Assembly: GCA_028534125.1 (NCBI GenBank)
Contig: CM052816.1
Coordinates: 2,730,001-2,794,000, forward strand
Length of the DNA: 64,000 nucleotides
Direction: 5' to 3'
Origin: Lama glama
Lineage: Eukaryota
How positions within the stretch are numbered: position 1 is the stretch's first letter; each line of letters begins with the position of its first letter. This document shows, piece after piece, positions 12,451 to 24,586 of the stretch. The notes under the pieces are model-generated. The model made no database searches, was not told the origin of the DNA, and saw only the letters and a program-made list of their open reading frames with translations. The position numbers and the translations under genes are program-made.

Positions 12451-13652
12451 TCCCTGTATCGTTCTAATTTCTTTATCACTTGGATCTCCACTGGCCAAAC
12501 CCAAAAGCAAGCCAGAGGGCAGGGAAGTGAAGGGTGGATGTGACTCACACCCGTCAGCCTCCTACGCACAGAGCAGGATAAAGAATAAGGCACACGTCTG
12601 GAGGAGCTAATGCAAGACAACAGGTGTATCCCATTTCTTAACAGTAAGGCAAGCATAGTAAGACTTCCTACCATGTAAGTTGTCCAAGGACTGAATAAGA
12701 TACTGCATTTAAACATCTCAGCACCATTTTGGCAATGATAGAACTCAACAAATATTAGCCACGTGAAAGGCTATTATAAGACTACTATTAGCTTGTATTG
12801 GTTAAATGCCCTGAATCAAATCAACTTCAGTTTTCTGTCAAAAGCTTGGCTTTTTTACTTAAGAACAAAAAAGCAGCAGAGAAAAGATACAGCTGGCTCC
12901 ATCCACTGAATTATCCCCTGGAAAACTGGTTAGGTATCACAAACAAACCAACATCTGAGCAAAAAAAGGATGCCGATAACATGAGCAACACTGATTTCCC
13001 CTCAAAACAACACTTTGAATCCGTTTTTAAAAAGTGCTGCCAATGAAGAACATTCTTACTAAGGGAACATCTTTTTAAGCTGTGGTCTCATTCTGAAAAT
13101 ATGCTCTTTACACAGTCTTGTAGATAATAAAGCTCACATTTAATAATTCTGCTCATAAATGACCGCCTAAATATGTCAGAAACAATTTTGAATCTGTGAC
13201 CCTTAGAGCTGAAACTATAGATGAATGTAATTAACCTACTTCCAAAATTAAAAAAAAAAAAAACCTGCTCTATTCTCTCCTGACTCGGGAACATATGGTG
13301 TCGGATTACACGGTTGGCACCTGGCTGACGGCTGGGTCCATGTGTCACATTCTTACACAAACAGGCAGAGGTGGCACAAAGCCTGCCTGGAGGAATCTCA
13401 GCCAAACCCAAAACAGGCAGCTAGAGCCTCAGGCTTGGCCAAAAACTACCATGAACAGCCTGGAGGAGGAAAAAGACCTCTCAGCACCACCCTCGGGGCC
13501 CAGTTTCCCCTCCTGCCCCCCAACCTCCTCCGTAAGCTCCCCGAGAAGGACCATGAAGGTTGGTTTCTCCACTGACACATCGTCAACACTCTAGGCTCTG
13601 TTTATTATGGAGAGATTAAGTTTGGGCTCAACTTATCTTTGGGGTTGGCTCT

Positions 13653-14379
13653 CGTGTCAGTCAAGGCATTTTCAAGCAAGTTAATCCAACGAAATGCTCT
13701 CCAGTCCAATTAAAGGTATGTGTGTCACTCCCCGCTCCCCTCAGTTCCCAAATCCTGGCACGTTCATACCTAGTGAAGGACATTCACCTCCAGCTTTGTG
13801 CAAAGCAGCAAACTGGAGAGTCAGCAGCATCCTGGCCTCACTTTTCTGCTCCCTCTTGAAACAACACCAGCTTAAACTAGTTTCGACTCCTTAAATAGGC
13901 TACTGATTAACCAAATTGAAACAGCACCAGCTTAAACCGGTTTGCATCCTTAGATGGGTTGTTGATTAATCAAACCTTGACTCACTTTACAGAGACAGCA
14001 CTGCACACGCGCAAGAGGAGAACCCACATCTCCAGGATGACCCTGGAACCAAGAAACGTCAGCCTACAGAACTCAAAGAATACAAATGTTGCCACCAGAG
14101 CTCTTTGCAAAACACGAATTCCTTTAATAAGGAAAATCTGGCTTCCAGCAGCACGACTGGCTTATAGGGACTAATTCAAGACTAGCCAATCAACTTCCAC
14201 GTTTGAAATTCCCTTAACCCTTTACATTTCACCCCAAGCCTGGAGCAAGGAGACAAATTTGAGTCTTGATTTGTCTCCTCGCCTGTCGACCTCATAGCAA
14301 AGCTCTTTCTTTTCTCAAAAGCCGCCGCCATAGTACTGGCTTCTGTGCATGTAGGTCAGGGAGCCCTTGCTCGGTAAAA
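13653..14379 (+). mobile_element. Solo LTR, ERV1-like
   Basis: Ends 'gtactggcttctgtgcat...gagcccttgctcggtaaaa' (degenerate ...cggtaaca U5 end); degenerate poly-A signal 'atagcaaagctctttct'; internal ~60-bp tandem repeat; possible 4-bp TSD ctct (13649-13652 / 14380-14383). Confidence 0.7.
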
Positions 14380-14984
14380 CTCTCCCCTGTCTTATTGTAG
14401 GCCCCATCTCTGTCTCTGCAAATCAACTCAAAATGCACCATGGGGCTGAACATGCCCCTTCACAGCCAAGTCCCTCAATTCACTCTTTGCAATACTAAAT
14501 GTCCCTAAATTACATTATTCCTTCTTGTGATTATGTTATCTTTTTTCGCTTTATTTATTGAAACGTGCCCACCTATTTCAAGTTGAATCATAAGTCAAGA
14601 GGGTTTAGCCCACATCAGCTGTGGGAATTAAGAAACCCCAAGGAACTGGGTAGAGCTGGTACAGTTAGAATGAGAAGCAGCCTGGGAAAGAGACCGAGTG
14701 GCAGATACGTAGCTGTTTTGGCTCACCTGGGCATTCCTTCACAACAGGCTAGGTAGGATGTGGAGGACATCAGTGACAAGGAGGAGAGGTCACTGAAGGA
14801 TTAAAAATGGGTCTTTTTCAACCAACTAGAAGGATCCTTAATACCAAAGGAGAAAAGCTAGTTACATCCGCTTGTTAAAAAAAAAAAAAAAGCACCGCCC
14901 TCTCCCCCTTTCAATACACACTATCTGGCCAGAACAAGACAGCGTATGGAGGACTGTTCTCTTCTCTCCATGCCCATCCTGGTG

Positions 14985-15895
14985 ACTGTGGGAGACATCT
15001 GCTGTTTCTGCCTGCCCAGAGTCTGCTTCCGTTTCTTCTGTTAGTAACACTCCCATTTCCTTAATGGAAGACGACTTTCTTACTCTAATTGATTGTGATG
15101 AGGGTGCCAATCCTAAAACCGGCCCCCACCGCCATCACCAGTGGTCACAGGGGTAGGCACGTGACCCAAGTAGGTGAGACGGTCCCTCATTCTGTTGGCG
15201 TAAGTGAATTAATCCCAAGAAGTGGGCATGTAACCCAAGCCAGGTGTGAAAACCTCTGCTATTTATAGAAAACTGGAGTCTAGGGGAGAATGCATTCTTT
15301 CTGCTCTGGAGTCACTGGAGACTGGGACTGCGTAAAACTGGAGCTGCCTGTGCATGTCCCCCACTACGTGGAGGAAGCCACTACACCATCTGTACGAAAA
15401 GGTCACATGGGTGGGGTGGACATGGAGGAGAGAGACAGAGATGGGGCACAGGGGAAAGGAGCTGAATAAGAGATGAAGAATAGACAGAGATGGAGGAGAG
15501 AGAAGAAAACGGGAGACAAAGATGGGTCAACAGTGGGTAGAAATGGGGTGAGAGAAAAATGAAGAGGGAGAGAATGGAGAAAGCTAGGAGAAAGGGGGGA
15601 GAGGGAGGTGAAGTACAGCATGATGAGAGGAAAGAGGAAGGTGGGGACAGAGGGGGAGGAAAAAGAAATGAGGGAGGGAGGGAGGGAAATAAAAATAGGG
15701 GTGAGAGAAAAACATATAGGGAGACACAGATAGCAAGAGAGATGAGGGAGAAATGAGAGATGAAAGAAACCTGATGGCTTCTCTTGGGGCTTCCATCCAG
15801 GTCTCCCTTAAGGCCACTCGTATCCCTGTGTATGCCAGTTTATAACCAGATTTGAGGTGGATCCTATCATTTGCAACCAAGAGTGGTAACCCATC
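14985..15895 (+). mobile_element. LTR16/LTR33-like ERVL LTR with an expanded purine tract
   Basis: 'ggcacgtgacccaag', 'gggcatgtaacccaagccagg' and the 3' end 'ctatcatttgcaaccaagag' are typical of this LTR class. Confidence 0.55.
15410..15770. repeat. GA-rich low-complexity tract
   Basis: ~360 bp made almost entirely of A and G. Confidence 0.85.
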
Positions 15896-18431
15896 TAATG
15901 CCCTTAATCAAATCCAATCGCACTGCAAGCTGGGCTCTCACCGGCTTTGTTCTAGAACCCAAAGACGGACTGGAGGCTTTAATGGCCACCTCAAAACATA
16001 ATCACTCTTAGAATCTTACCAGCTGATTTCCATCCGTCAAATAATTGGAGAAAGTAAAGTTCCTTTGCTCTGCCTACAGAGAGCATGTAAAGATCTTCAT
16101 TTCTTCCTTCCTACTTCTCAGTCAGTAACAGAAACCAATTCCCCACCAAAAACACAAAAGAAACCTACTTTGAGGTTAAAAGCAGCATTTAGGAGAAAAC
16201 AATGTTGTACATCATACCAAAATTTAATATGGCTTTATGCAAAATAGTAATGTGTCTGGTAACGCAAAGATTCTTTTAAAGTAGGTTAATAACAATCCAA
16301 TATTATTCTCCTGTTTTAAAAAAAATGAAAATGTATGTCAAAAAAAAAAAGACCTAAAGTAGCTGAATCTTATACCCATTGATGGGGCTGATTTACATAG
16401 ATAGCATTTAACATTCCATCATCATTATCCTATCAGTCTCCTGTCTAACATGCAAGTCTGAAGACGTTCAATGTGCTTAGAGGTTAAAAAAAAAAAAACT
16501 ATACCCACCAGCCAAAATGGTGGTAAATGACAAAAAAAAGAAAAAGAAAAATAATAATTTTAGGCAGACAGATGAGTATCAGCGGGGATGAGGAAAAGAC
16601 TGTCTGTCCCCTCCCTTCTGTGCCAATATAGTAACCTAAAAGATTGAATAAAAGAAAACTAAATATTTAAGAATAAAATGTGGTTACCAAATGAGGAAAA
16701 GGGGGACGCATTATGGTAATACTTGAGTCTGCCTCTGCGAGAGGAAGCAGCTGAGTGCGCCTGCCCTGACTTAAATGGAAAGCATATGTAAATGAATCAC
16801 AGTTCATCCTTTAGACTCAACTGTGTGAATATTTTCAGGGGTTTTTTCCTTTTAAAATGTTAAGTGAATTTAATTCTGATGAGAAGAACCAGAGGGAATG
16901 CTCTGGGGAGACTCACAGTGTGAGGAGGGGAGGCAGAGGGTCACATGTGTGTACATCCTCCTCATGTTGAGAGCTCCTTCTTGGCCATGTACTTGGCTGT
17001 GACCTTGCAAATCCTATGGCCTCTTTAGTGCCTCTGCCAGCATATCAAGAAGGCCAGCAGGATCAGAGGCAAAATGGAGCCTGGGGGGTTGTAAAGCCCT
17101 TGACCTCCATCACCCTAACCACTAGGTAGTTCTGAACTGTATCTAGACAAACCGAAAAGAGCCTAGTTATGTCAAATGTGTGGAGCCAGGGTGGATGTGG
17201 GGAGGGTTCCCTTTAAATCAGCTGAAAGAGAGGTATATGAAGGCAGAGGAAAAAGAAAAGGAGAAACAATGGAGCAAGAGAAGAGCAGGGAAGTAGGGGA
17301 GGGGGGAAAAGAAGATAATGAAGAGGTGGAGAAAAGATCAGTCAAGGAAAATTAAAATTTTCTTAGCCTCCATGCATCTGGTTTCCTACCCTGAACACTT
17401 AAGCTGGGACCCAGCCTTCCAACAGTGGCTCCAAATGTGTGTGTTGCCCATACCCACGTCCCTGGGCAGTCATCACTCACATGACATGTTGCTCTCTCCC
17501 ACCATGTCCAAGTTCATATCAGAATCCTTTCTAACACAGCACGCCAGACAGCCCCTGCTACTAAACAGGACAATGCCTTAACATAAAAGTGCCAACACTA
17601 GCGCTATTCCTCAGCCTTACATCCGGACAGTGTGCTGCCTGGCAACTGTCCACTCAACAGCCTGGCGTTGTAAATACTGAAATTTATTTACAAGGAACAG
17701 GGACAGCAGTCAATTACATAGAGTGTGATACTAAGAGAAATATGCAGGAACTCCCCCCGACTTTTTTTTTGAAAACAACCTTGGGCCATGTCTCTTTTTG
17801 TCTTAGCCCACAGTGTGACAAGACTAAACCAGACAAACCAGGTTCTCCCAGCCAGCAGTCTAGTCTACTAAAGGACAAAGATAAAGTGACAGCTTTTGAA
17901 TATTAATAGGGCACATCAGCAAGGGTGAGCAGCAAACAGTGGAAGTCATCCACGAGTTCTAAAAGCAGTTCCTAAAAGCCCGAATTCATCTCATCACTCC
18001 CCACTTAAGAATCCACTAAGAAAATGAATCTTTATTTCAAAAATAAACTTCTGAGATGACTAGAGATAAAAGCAGAGAAAGAAATACTGAAGCACCACAG
18101 GACCCTCCTTCACTCATCTTCTCCCCCCGGGGGCCCATCACGATGCCAAGCATATTATAGATGCCCAATAAATGTTTGTGGCATGAATGATGTGAAAAGA
18201 AAAGGAATGTTTTAAAATCAACTTCAAAATGGGAATGGGCTTTGAAAACAGGCTGGCCCCAATCAGGATCACAGAAACAGAAAATAGAGTTTGAGGTCAC
18301 TGAGATCCACTCCAGACATTACCTAGAGAATCTTTGGAGAGTCTTCATTTCTACAGAAAAGTGGAAACAATGTTTTCTGGGGCACCACATTTCTATCTTT
18401 CTGATTCTCTCACGTACCCAGGCACACAGTC

Positions 18432-18545
18432 AGTCATTCATTCAGTAAATGTTATTGAGTGCCTACTATGTGCCACACACTGTGAAGGGCTCTTAGGCTC
18501 CAGTGGTAATGAAGACAAGGAAGGGCCCAGCTCTCAATAAATTGC
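18432..18545 (-). mobile_element. L2 LINE 3' end
   Basis: 'tcattcattcagtaaatgttattgagtgcctactatgtgccacacactgtg'. Confidence 0.75.
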
Positions 18546-18815
18546 TATTTGCTTTGTTCCTTCTCCTTGACCCAAACCATTACATGCTTAAGCCATTTCA
18601 ACAGCCTGAATTGCTTCCCTACCACGAGGGCCCTCCATCACCAATTCATCTTGTCCACCACTCTGCATTATTTTTTTTCCTAAAGGATGACTGTCATCAT
18701 GTCGTTCACTTGTTCAAAAATCTCCAGAGGCTCCCTATCATTGATAGTTCAATTTAGGACCCACTTATCAACCAGGTACTCTCTATCGGGCATAGGGCTA
18801 AGATACACTGACAGC

Positions 18816-19341
18816 TGTATTGGTTATTTGTTATTTGTTGCAATATAGCAAATTACTCCCAAACTGGGCAGCTTAACACAATAAATGAGTATTATCTTCC
18901 AGTTTCTGTGAGTCAGGAATCCAGGAGAAGCTTAGCAGTTAAAACGAGACTGCAGTCAAGTTGTTGGCCAGGGCTCCCGTCATCTGAAGTCCTGACCAAG
19001 GCTGGAGGATCCACTTCCAAGAAGTTTCACTCACATGGCTGTTGGCAGGAGACCTCAGTTCGCCACCGTGTGAGTCTCTCTATAGGGGTTCGTGAATGTT
19101 CTCACAACCCAGCAGCCAGCTTCCCTCAGTGAGACCCAGGAGAGACAGAGAGAGAGGAGGAAGCACAGGGCCTTAATGATCTAGCCTTGGAAGTAACACA
19201 CCATGATTTCTGCTATATTCTATTAGAGTTGAGTCACTAATTCAGCTCAAGCTCATACTTATGAGGAAGGCAATCAAGCTTCATCTCCTAAAGGAAGAAA
19301 ATCAAAGAACTCACAGACTTAAACCACCTAAAACCACCACA
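18816..19341 (-). mobile_element. MaLR LTR (MLT1-type), near full length
   Basis: Begins 'tgtattggttatttg...gcaaattactcccaaactgggcagcttaacacaataa...gtcaggaatccagg' and ends 'aaaaccaccaca' (TG...CA termini). Confidence 0.8.
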
Positions 19342-19574
19342 AATCAATAATCAGACCATTCTCTTCTATTCTATTCATCACCACTATCTATAATCAGACC
19401 CTACACCATTCACCTATTTTCACATCTCTGTGATGGTATTCCCAGTATTAGCCTCCACACTCCAACCCAGCTGGTTCTCCTGAACACACTGTACCCTTTG
19501 TAAATATCAACTCTTTCCTCGTGTCGCCCGCACCTTGCCCCATCCTCTGCCTTCTGAATCCCATATACCCAGAG

Positions 19575-19800
19575 AGGGAGCACTGCACAGTGGCTAAGAT
19601 CTTGGACACTGGGCTGCCTGGGTTCAAACCCTACCTCTGCTTTCGGCAAGTTACTTAAGCTCCGTCTACCTTGATTTTCTCACCTATAAAGTAACGACAG
19701 TAGTATCCACTTGTTATGAGAATTAAAGGAACCAACATTTATAAATTACCGAGAAGCATGCTTGGCATGGAATATATTCTATTATAGTGCTTATTAAATA
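19575..19800 (+). mobile_element. MIR SINE
   Basis: 'gcacagtggctaaga...ctgcctgggttcaaaccctacctctgctttcggcaagttacttaa', including a B-box remnant. Confidence 0.8.
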
Positions 19801-20791
19801 ACATAGATGTTTTTCTACATTCAGTTCAAGTTCTATACTTCCATACTACAGCCCACAGTGAAGTCCTTCACCAAACTCCAAATGCTGCTGGTGTGACCAG
19901 TTTTAACCCTGGTGGGAGCTACCAATTAGCACTTAATTAACCTCACCTGCAGATTACTTATCTCCTAATTGTTGCTTTCCAACACTCTAAGTTTTGTACG
20001 TCTTCAGAGTGTCTAGGAAAGAGTAAGCATTCGATTCAAAAGGGAGAAAGGGAGTAATTACTTCGCAGTAGTCCCTAGAAAAAATACTCATGCTGCTAGT
20101 CTAGTCTCTCCAAACACCAAGAAACCACACTCCCATTATTTCCATGTGACCCTCTGATATCATAGTGCTGACAAGATCAGCCACATACCGACCCCCTTCC
20201 TCACGGAGGGGAACTGACGAAAACACCCAAGATGCTGGGGTGGGATCCCCTTAGATCTGGTGTGAGGGGAGGACACCCGTGAGCCCTGGGAAGCAGGACC
20301 CAGATACTGCTATCAATGCAGGTAAAGCAAACTTAGCACTTGTCGTGGGGTTGTTAACTCTTTAAGAAGCTAATATTTCAAAATCACCAGCAAAGATTCC
20401 TTCTCCATCCCCGACTCACACGTTGTGGCATTTCCGGACTCCCCACCTACGCTTTTTCTTAAAATGGTGGTATTTCCTCCCTAAGAATTTATAGTTTCTG
20501 GCAGCGCCAAAACCGGTGCTGGCCAGTTCTCATACTTAGAACCTGCTGGTATGCCCACGTGGTCACACAGGCACTGGCGATTAACAGTCACAGGGGCTTT
20601 CAGGGAAATGTCCTCTACCATCACAAATAGAAGGTTCTAGTGGTCCTGACTTGGCCACTAAGATGCTATTTGCATCCACAGAGCCATTCCTTCATCATCA
20701 ATTCATTCCTTTTCCAACCAACCTTTACTAAGCATTTACTAGCTACAGTGAAAGGTACCAAGAAGTAGAACCTAAGTGTCTGGGCCTCAAG

Positions 20792-21291
20792 NNNNNNNNN
20801 NNNNNNNNNNNNNNNNNNNNNNNNNNNNNNNNNNNNNNNNNNNNNNNNNNNNNNNNNNNNNNNNNNNNNNNNNNNNNNNNNNNNNNNNNNNNNNNNNNNN
20901 NNNNNNNNNNNNNNNNNNNNNNNNNNNNNNNNNNNNNNNNNNNNNNNNNNNNNNNNNNNNNNNNNNNNNNNNNNNNNNNNNNNNNNNNNNNNNNNNNNNN
21001 NNNNNNNNNNNNNNNNNNNNNNNNNNNNNNNNNNNNNNNNNNNNNNNNNNNNNNNNNNNNNNNNNNNNNNNNNNNNNNNNNNNNNNNNNNNNNNNNNNNN
21101 NNNNNNNNNNNNNNNNNNNNNNNNNNNNNNNNNNNNNNNNNNNNNNNNNNNNNNNNNNNNNNNNNNNNNNNNNNNNNNNNNNNNNNNNNNNNNNNNNNNN
21201 NNNNNNNNNNNNNNNNNNNNNNNNNNNNNNNNNNNNNNNNNNNNNNNNNNNNNNNNNNNNNNNNNNNNNNNNNNNNNNNNNNNNNNNNNNN
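20792..21291. other. Assembly gap (exactly 500 N)
   Basis: Run of N; the round length suggests a placeholder. Confidence 0.99.
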
Positions 21292-21319
21292 AAAAAAAAA
21301 ATTGCTATTTTTCTGATTC

Positions 21320-21440
21320 TAATGCCTGCTCTGCTTTGCCAGGCAGGGTTGCTATGAAGATGAAGTTAGAAAACGTGCATGAAAGTGCTTTGAAAACTAT
21401 AAAGCACTGCTCAAAATGTGAGGCATTATCCTTATTGTTG
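21320..21440 (+). mobile_element. MIR-family (MIR3/MIRc-like) 3' fragment
   Basis: 'cagggttgctatgaagatgaagttagaaaacgtgcatgaaagtgctttgaaaactataaagcactg'. Confidence 0.6.
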
Positions 21441-21829
21441 TTGCCATAGCCCCTCAAATCCCTAGAGAAAAGTTTTCAAAGGCCGGCTTGATAACATCCG
21501 ACTGGGATCCTAAATAAGAAAAGCTCTTCCTCAGGTCTCATTGGGATCTCTCCTGCTGCTGGGAAGTCCACGAGGTTGTTTCTGTACATTAGCGGCTTCT
21601 CGTAGCAAATGCTTTTGAGAGATTGCAATTGCCCACAGTGGGGGAAAAAACTTATCATGTGACCTAGTCCTGAGGTCTACTCTAAGACCAGAAGGAAAGA
21701 GGCTGTGATCAATTAGTGTTATCTGCTATGGGCCTGGGATGGAGAAATGCTCACCAGCTGATTGACGTTCTTACACAAGTCCTTTGGTAGTTAGGTTACA
21801 CGAGCCTCAGTTATGAGCCCGGCATTTTA

Positions 21830-21966
21830 CCAAGTGTTGCAAGAATCATCTCATTTTTGGAGTAGGTACTAATGTTAATACCACTTTACGAAGGAGGAAA
21901 CTGAGACTCAGAAAGGCTGACTTGCCTGAGATCACACTGCCAGTAGGTGGAGAGTCAAAATTAGAA
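21830..21966 (-). mobile_element. MIR SINE interrupted by the full-length L1 (possible remainder ~29132-29165)
   Basis: 'ttacgaaggaggaaactgagactcagaaaggctgacttgcctgagatcacactgccagtaggtggagagtc' is the antisense MIR core. Confidence 0.75.
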
Positions 21967-21980
21967 ACTAAGAAAAGGGC

Positions 21981-21989
21981 CAAGATGGC
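21981..21989 (+). promoter_or_regulatory. YY1-type motif at the L1 5' end (internal sense promoter)
   Basis: caagatggc at the position where mammalian L1s carry their YY1 site. Confidence 0.7.
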
Positions 21990-23420
21990 AGAGTAGAGGG
22001 ATACTGGTAGCTCACCCTCTCCTACAAATACACCAAGACTGACATCCACGGATCCACCTATCCACTCAGAACACCTGCTGAACTTTGACAGAACATCGCC
22101 TTCTTCAAAAGACAAAATACGCCACAAATCTGGTAGGAGAAAAGGAAAAAATTAAGAAGAAAAAGGAAGATAGTGCAGGACCCGTCCTGCGGGGAGGGAG
22201 CAGCAGAGGAGGAATAGCTCCTTTTCTGGGTCTCCCCCTCTCCAACAGAGAGGCCAGCGGGACGGAGGGGGAACCTCCAAGGCTCAGATCTGTACAGAAG
22301 AGTCCTTGACCAACAGAACTAAGTGAAGTGGGCACAAAGGGTCCCTGTGACCCCCAGCCCTAGAAGCACACCAGCAGGGGTGGGACAGGACCAGCTGTCC
22401 AATGGGGCGGAGGATTCGGGCTGACTGTGCAGAGGCAACCCCGGGGGACCGTAGTGTGCTGGGAGGGTGTATAGATCCGAACAGCCTGGGTCCCCCATAA
22501 AATACAAACAAACAAAAAAAAGAGCAACACTCTGCTATGCCCTGGGCGAAGGGACACCGTAACCTTTGTCTCTGCAGCCCCGCGGCACCATTACTGGCGC
22601 ATTCTCAGGAGAAGAGAGGCAGGGCTCAGCCACAAGCCACCATATTCTCAGGTGCGCGGTCAGGCAGAGGTGAGGTCAAAAGCTGAACACTTACCTAGGG
22701 GTTCCGCAACCTCATAGGTGGGACTGAGACTTGTTTACAGCCCCAAGGAGAGGGAACGGTTCCGCCCCTTGCCTCTGTGAACTCGAACCTCGAAGACAAA
22801 CGAACAAGGAGCGGAACTCTGGCACAGAGCAGGGGCGAGGGCTGGTGCGGCTGTTTTCTCAGAGCTCGCCTACGAGAACGCACCCTATGCGGAGCGGGGA
22901 GCGGAACTGAACCGCACAGCAGCTTGCCCGCCTAGCGTGCAGGGGCTTGGCGCCTGAACGCAGCGTGGGGAGGGGCGTGCCCCGCCCACTCACCTTGCAG
23001 GAGAGCGGCGCTGGTACAGCTGCGTGGGGAGGATGCGTGACCCGCCCACCTACTGGCACTTGGAGCCACAGACTGGGGGCGTGACTGGGGGGCCTCTGGA
23101 ACCAGCCCAGCAGGGCAAGGGCAGGAGCCATGACAACCACAGAACAAAAAGGAGGCCCTGCTCCATTGCCAAGGCAGGCTTTGGCCACCCTAACAGGGGC
23201 CACACCTCCAACCAAAGGGATAACAGACAAAGGGCAGGGAAGGAAGATTTGGCAACCACCCATACTTAAGAAGGACCTCCCAGAAAAATTAAGAGCGCAC
23301 AGTCTCCATGGGAACATATCCACCTTTTTTTTTCTCTTTCCTTTTTTCTTTTTGAATTTTTAACTTTCTTATTTTTTAATCCCATTTAAAATTTTCTTTA
23401 AAAATTTTGTATTAATTTTT

Positions 23421-23600
23421 TAAATTAGTCTTAATTTGATTTTTATTTCTCTTTGTTTTGTTCTGTTATTGATTATACTGTTTTCAAATCTTTTCTTCTT
23501 TTAAACTTTTTAAAATTTGTCTCAATTTGATTTTCTCTTTGTTCTTCTGTTAATGATTATATTGTTTTCAAATCTTTATTTCTTCTTTTAAATTTTTTTT
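23421..23600 (+). repeat. ~90-bp T-rich tandem duplication in the L1 5'UTR
   Basis: Unit 'aaatt(a/t)gtct(t/c)aatttgatttt...ttctgtta(t/a)tgattata(c/t)tgttttcaaatc...cttcttttaaa' at ~23421-23510 and ~23511-23600. Confidence 0.8.
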
Positions 23601-23700
23601 AGTTTTATTTCTGCATCTGCTTTAAATAAACAAACTCCTTCAGGACCACAGCAGACAACTGATACACCATAATCCATAGTGCCCGAGAGATATAAGTAAA

Positions 23701-24586
23701 ATGAAGAAGCAGAGGAGCCACTCCCAGTTAAAAGAACAAGAGAAATCCCCTGAAAGAATGATCAGTGAAATAGACCTTGATAGTCTACTAGATCATGATT
23801 TCAAAAAAGGAGTGATCAAAGTACTGAAGGAACTTGAGATTGTGAATAGAGACAGAGAATACTTCAAAAAGGAAATTGAAACTATGAAGAGGAGCCAGTT
23901 AAAATTGGAAAAACTATCTGCTGAGATGAGAGCTGAGCTAAAGGCTGTTAAAAAATAGGCTAGATAATGCAGAGGAATGAATAAGTGACCTAGAAGACAG
24001 GACGACAGAAAGCACCCAATCAGAACAGCTGAGAGAAAAACAAATAAAAAACAATGAAAACAATATAAGGGACCTACGGGATAATATAAAACATCCAACC
24101 TACACATTAGAGGGGCCTCAGAAGGAGAAGAAAGAGAAAAGGGGATTGAAAAGGTATTTGAAAATCATGCCCCAAAACTTCCCAAACCTAAAGAAGGAAC
24201 CAGATATCCAAGTACAGGAGACACAGAGAGTCCCAAAAGAGAAGAATCCAAACAGACCCACATCAAGACATATCATAATCAGGATGGCCAGGGTTAAGGA
24301 TAAAGAAATGATTCTAACGGCAGTAAGAGAAAAACAAAGAGTGAGTTAGGGAACCCCCATAAGGCTTTCAGCTAATTTCTCTACACAAATACTGCAAGGC
24401 AGAAGGAAGTGGCAAGATACATTCAAAGTCCTGAATGAGAAAAAGATGCAGCCTAGGATACTCTATCCAGCAAGGCTATCCTTTAGAATAGAAGGAGAGA
24501 TAAAGATCTTCACAGCCAAGCAAAAATTAAAAGAATTTAGCAACACTAAACCTATGCTAAAAGAAATATTGAAAGGTCTACTCTAA
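23701..24586 (+). pseudogene. L1 ORF1 (RNA-binding chaperone), disrupted
   Basis: MKKQRSHSQLKEQEKSPE start, coiled-coil region, 'NFPNL...IQVQETQRVP...PTSRHIIIRM', ends ...GLL* (taa 24584-24586); frameshifts and stops break it. Confidence 0.92.

Noticed and set aside
15403..15880. Glu/Arg/Gly-rich and Ser/Leu/Pro-rich ORFs
   Set aside because: Translation of a GA low-complexity tract.
20776..21357. 193-aa ORF (and the 177-aa ORF at 58167-58700)
   Set aside because: Artefacts of translating N runs.
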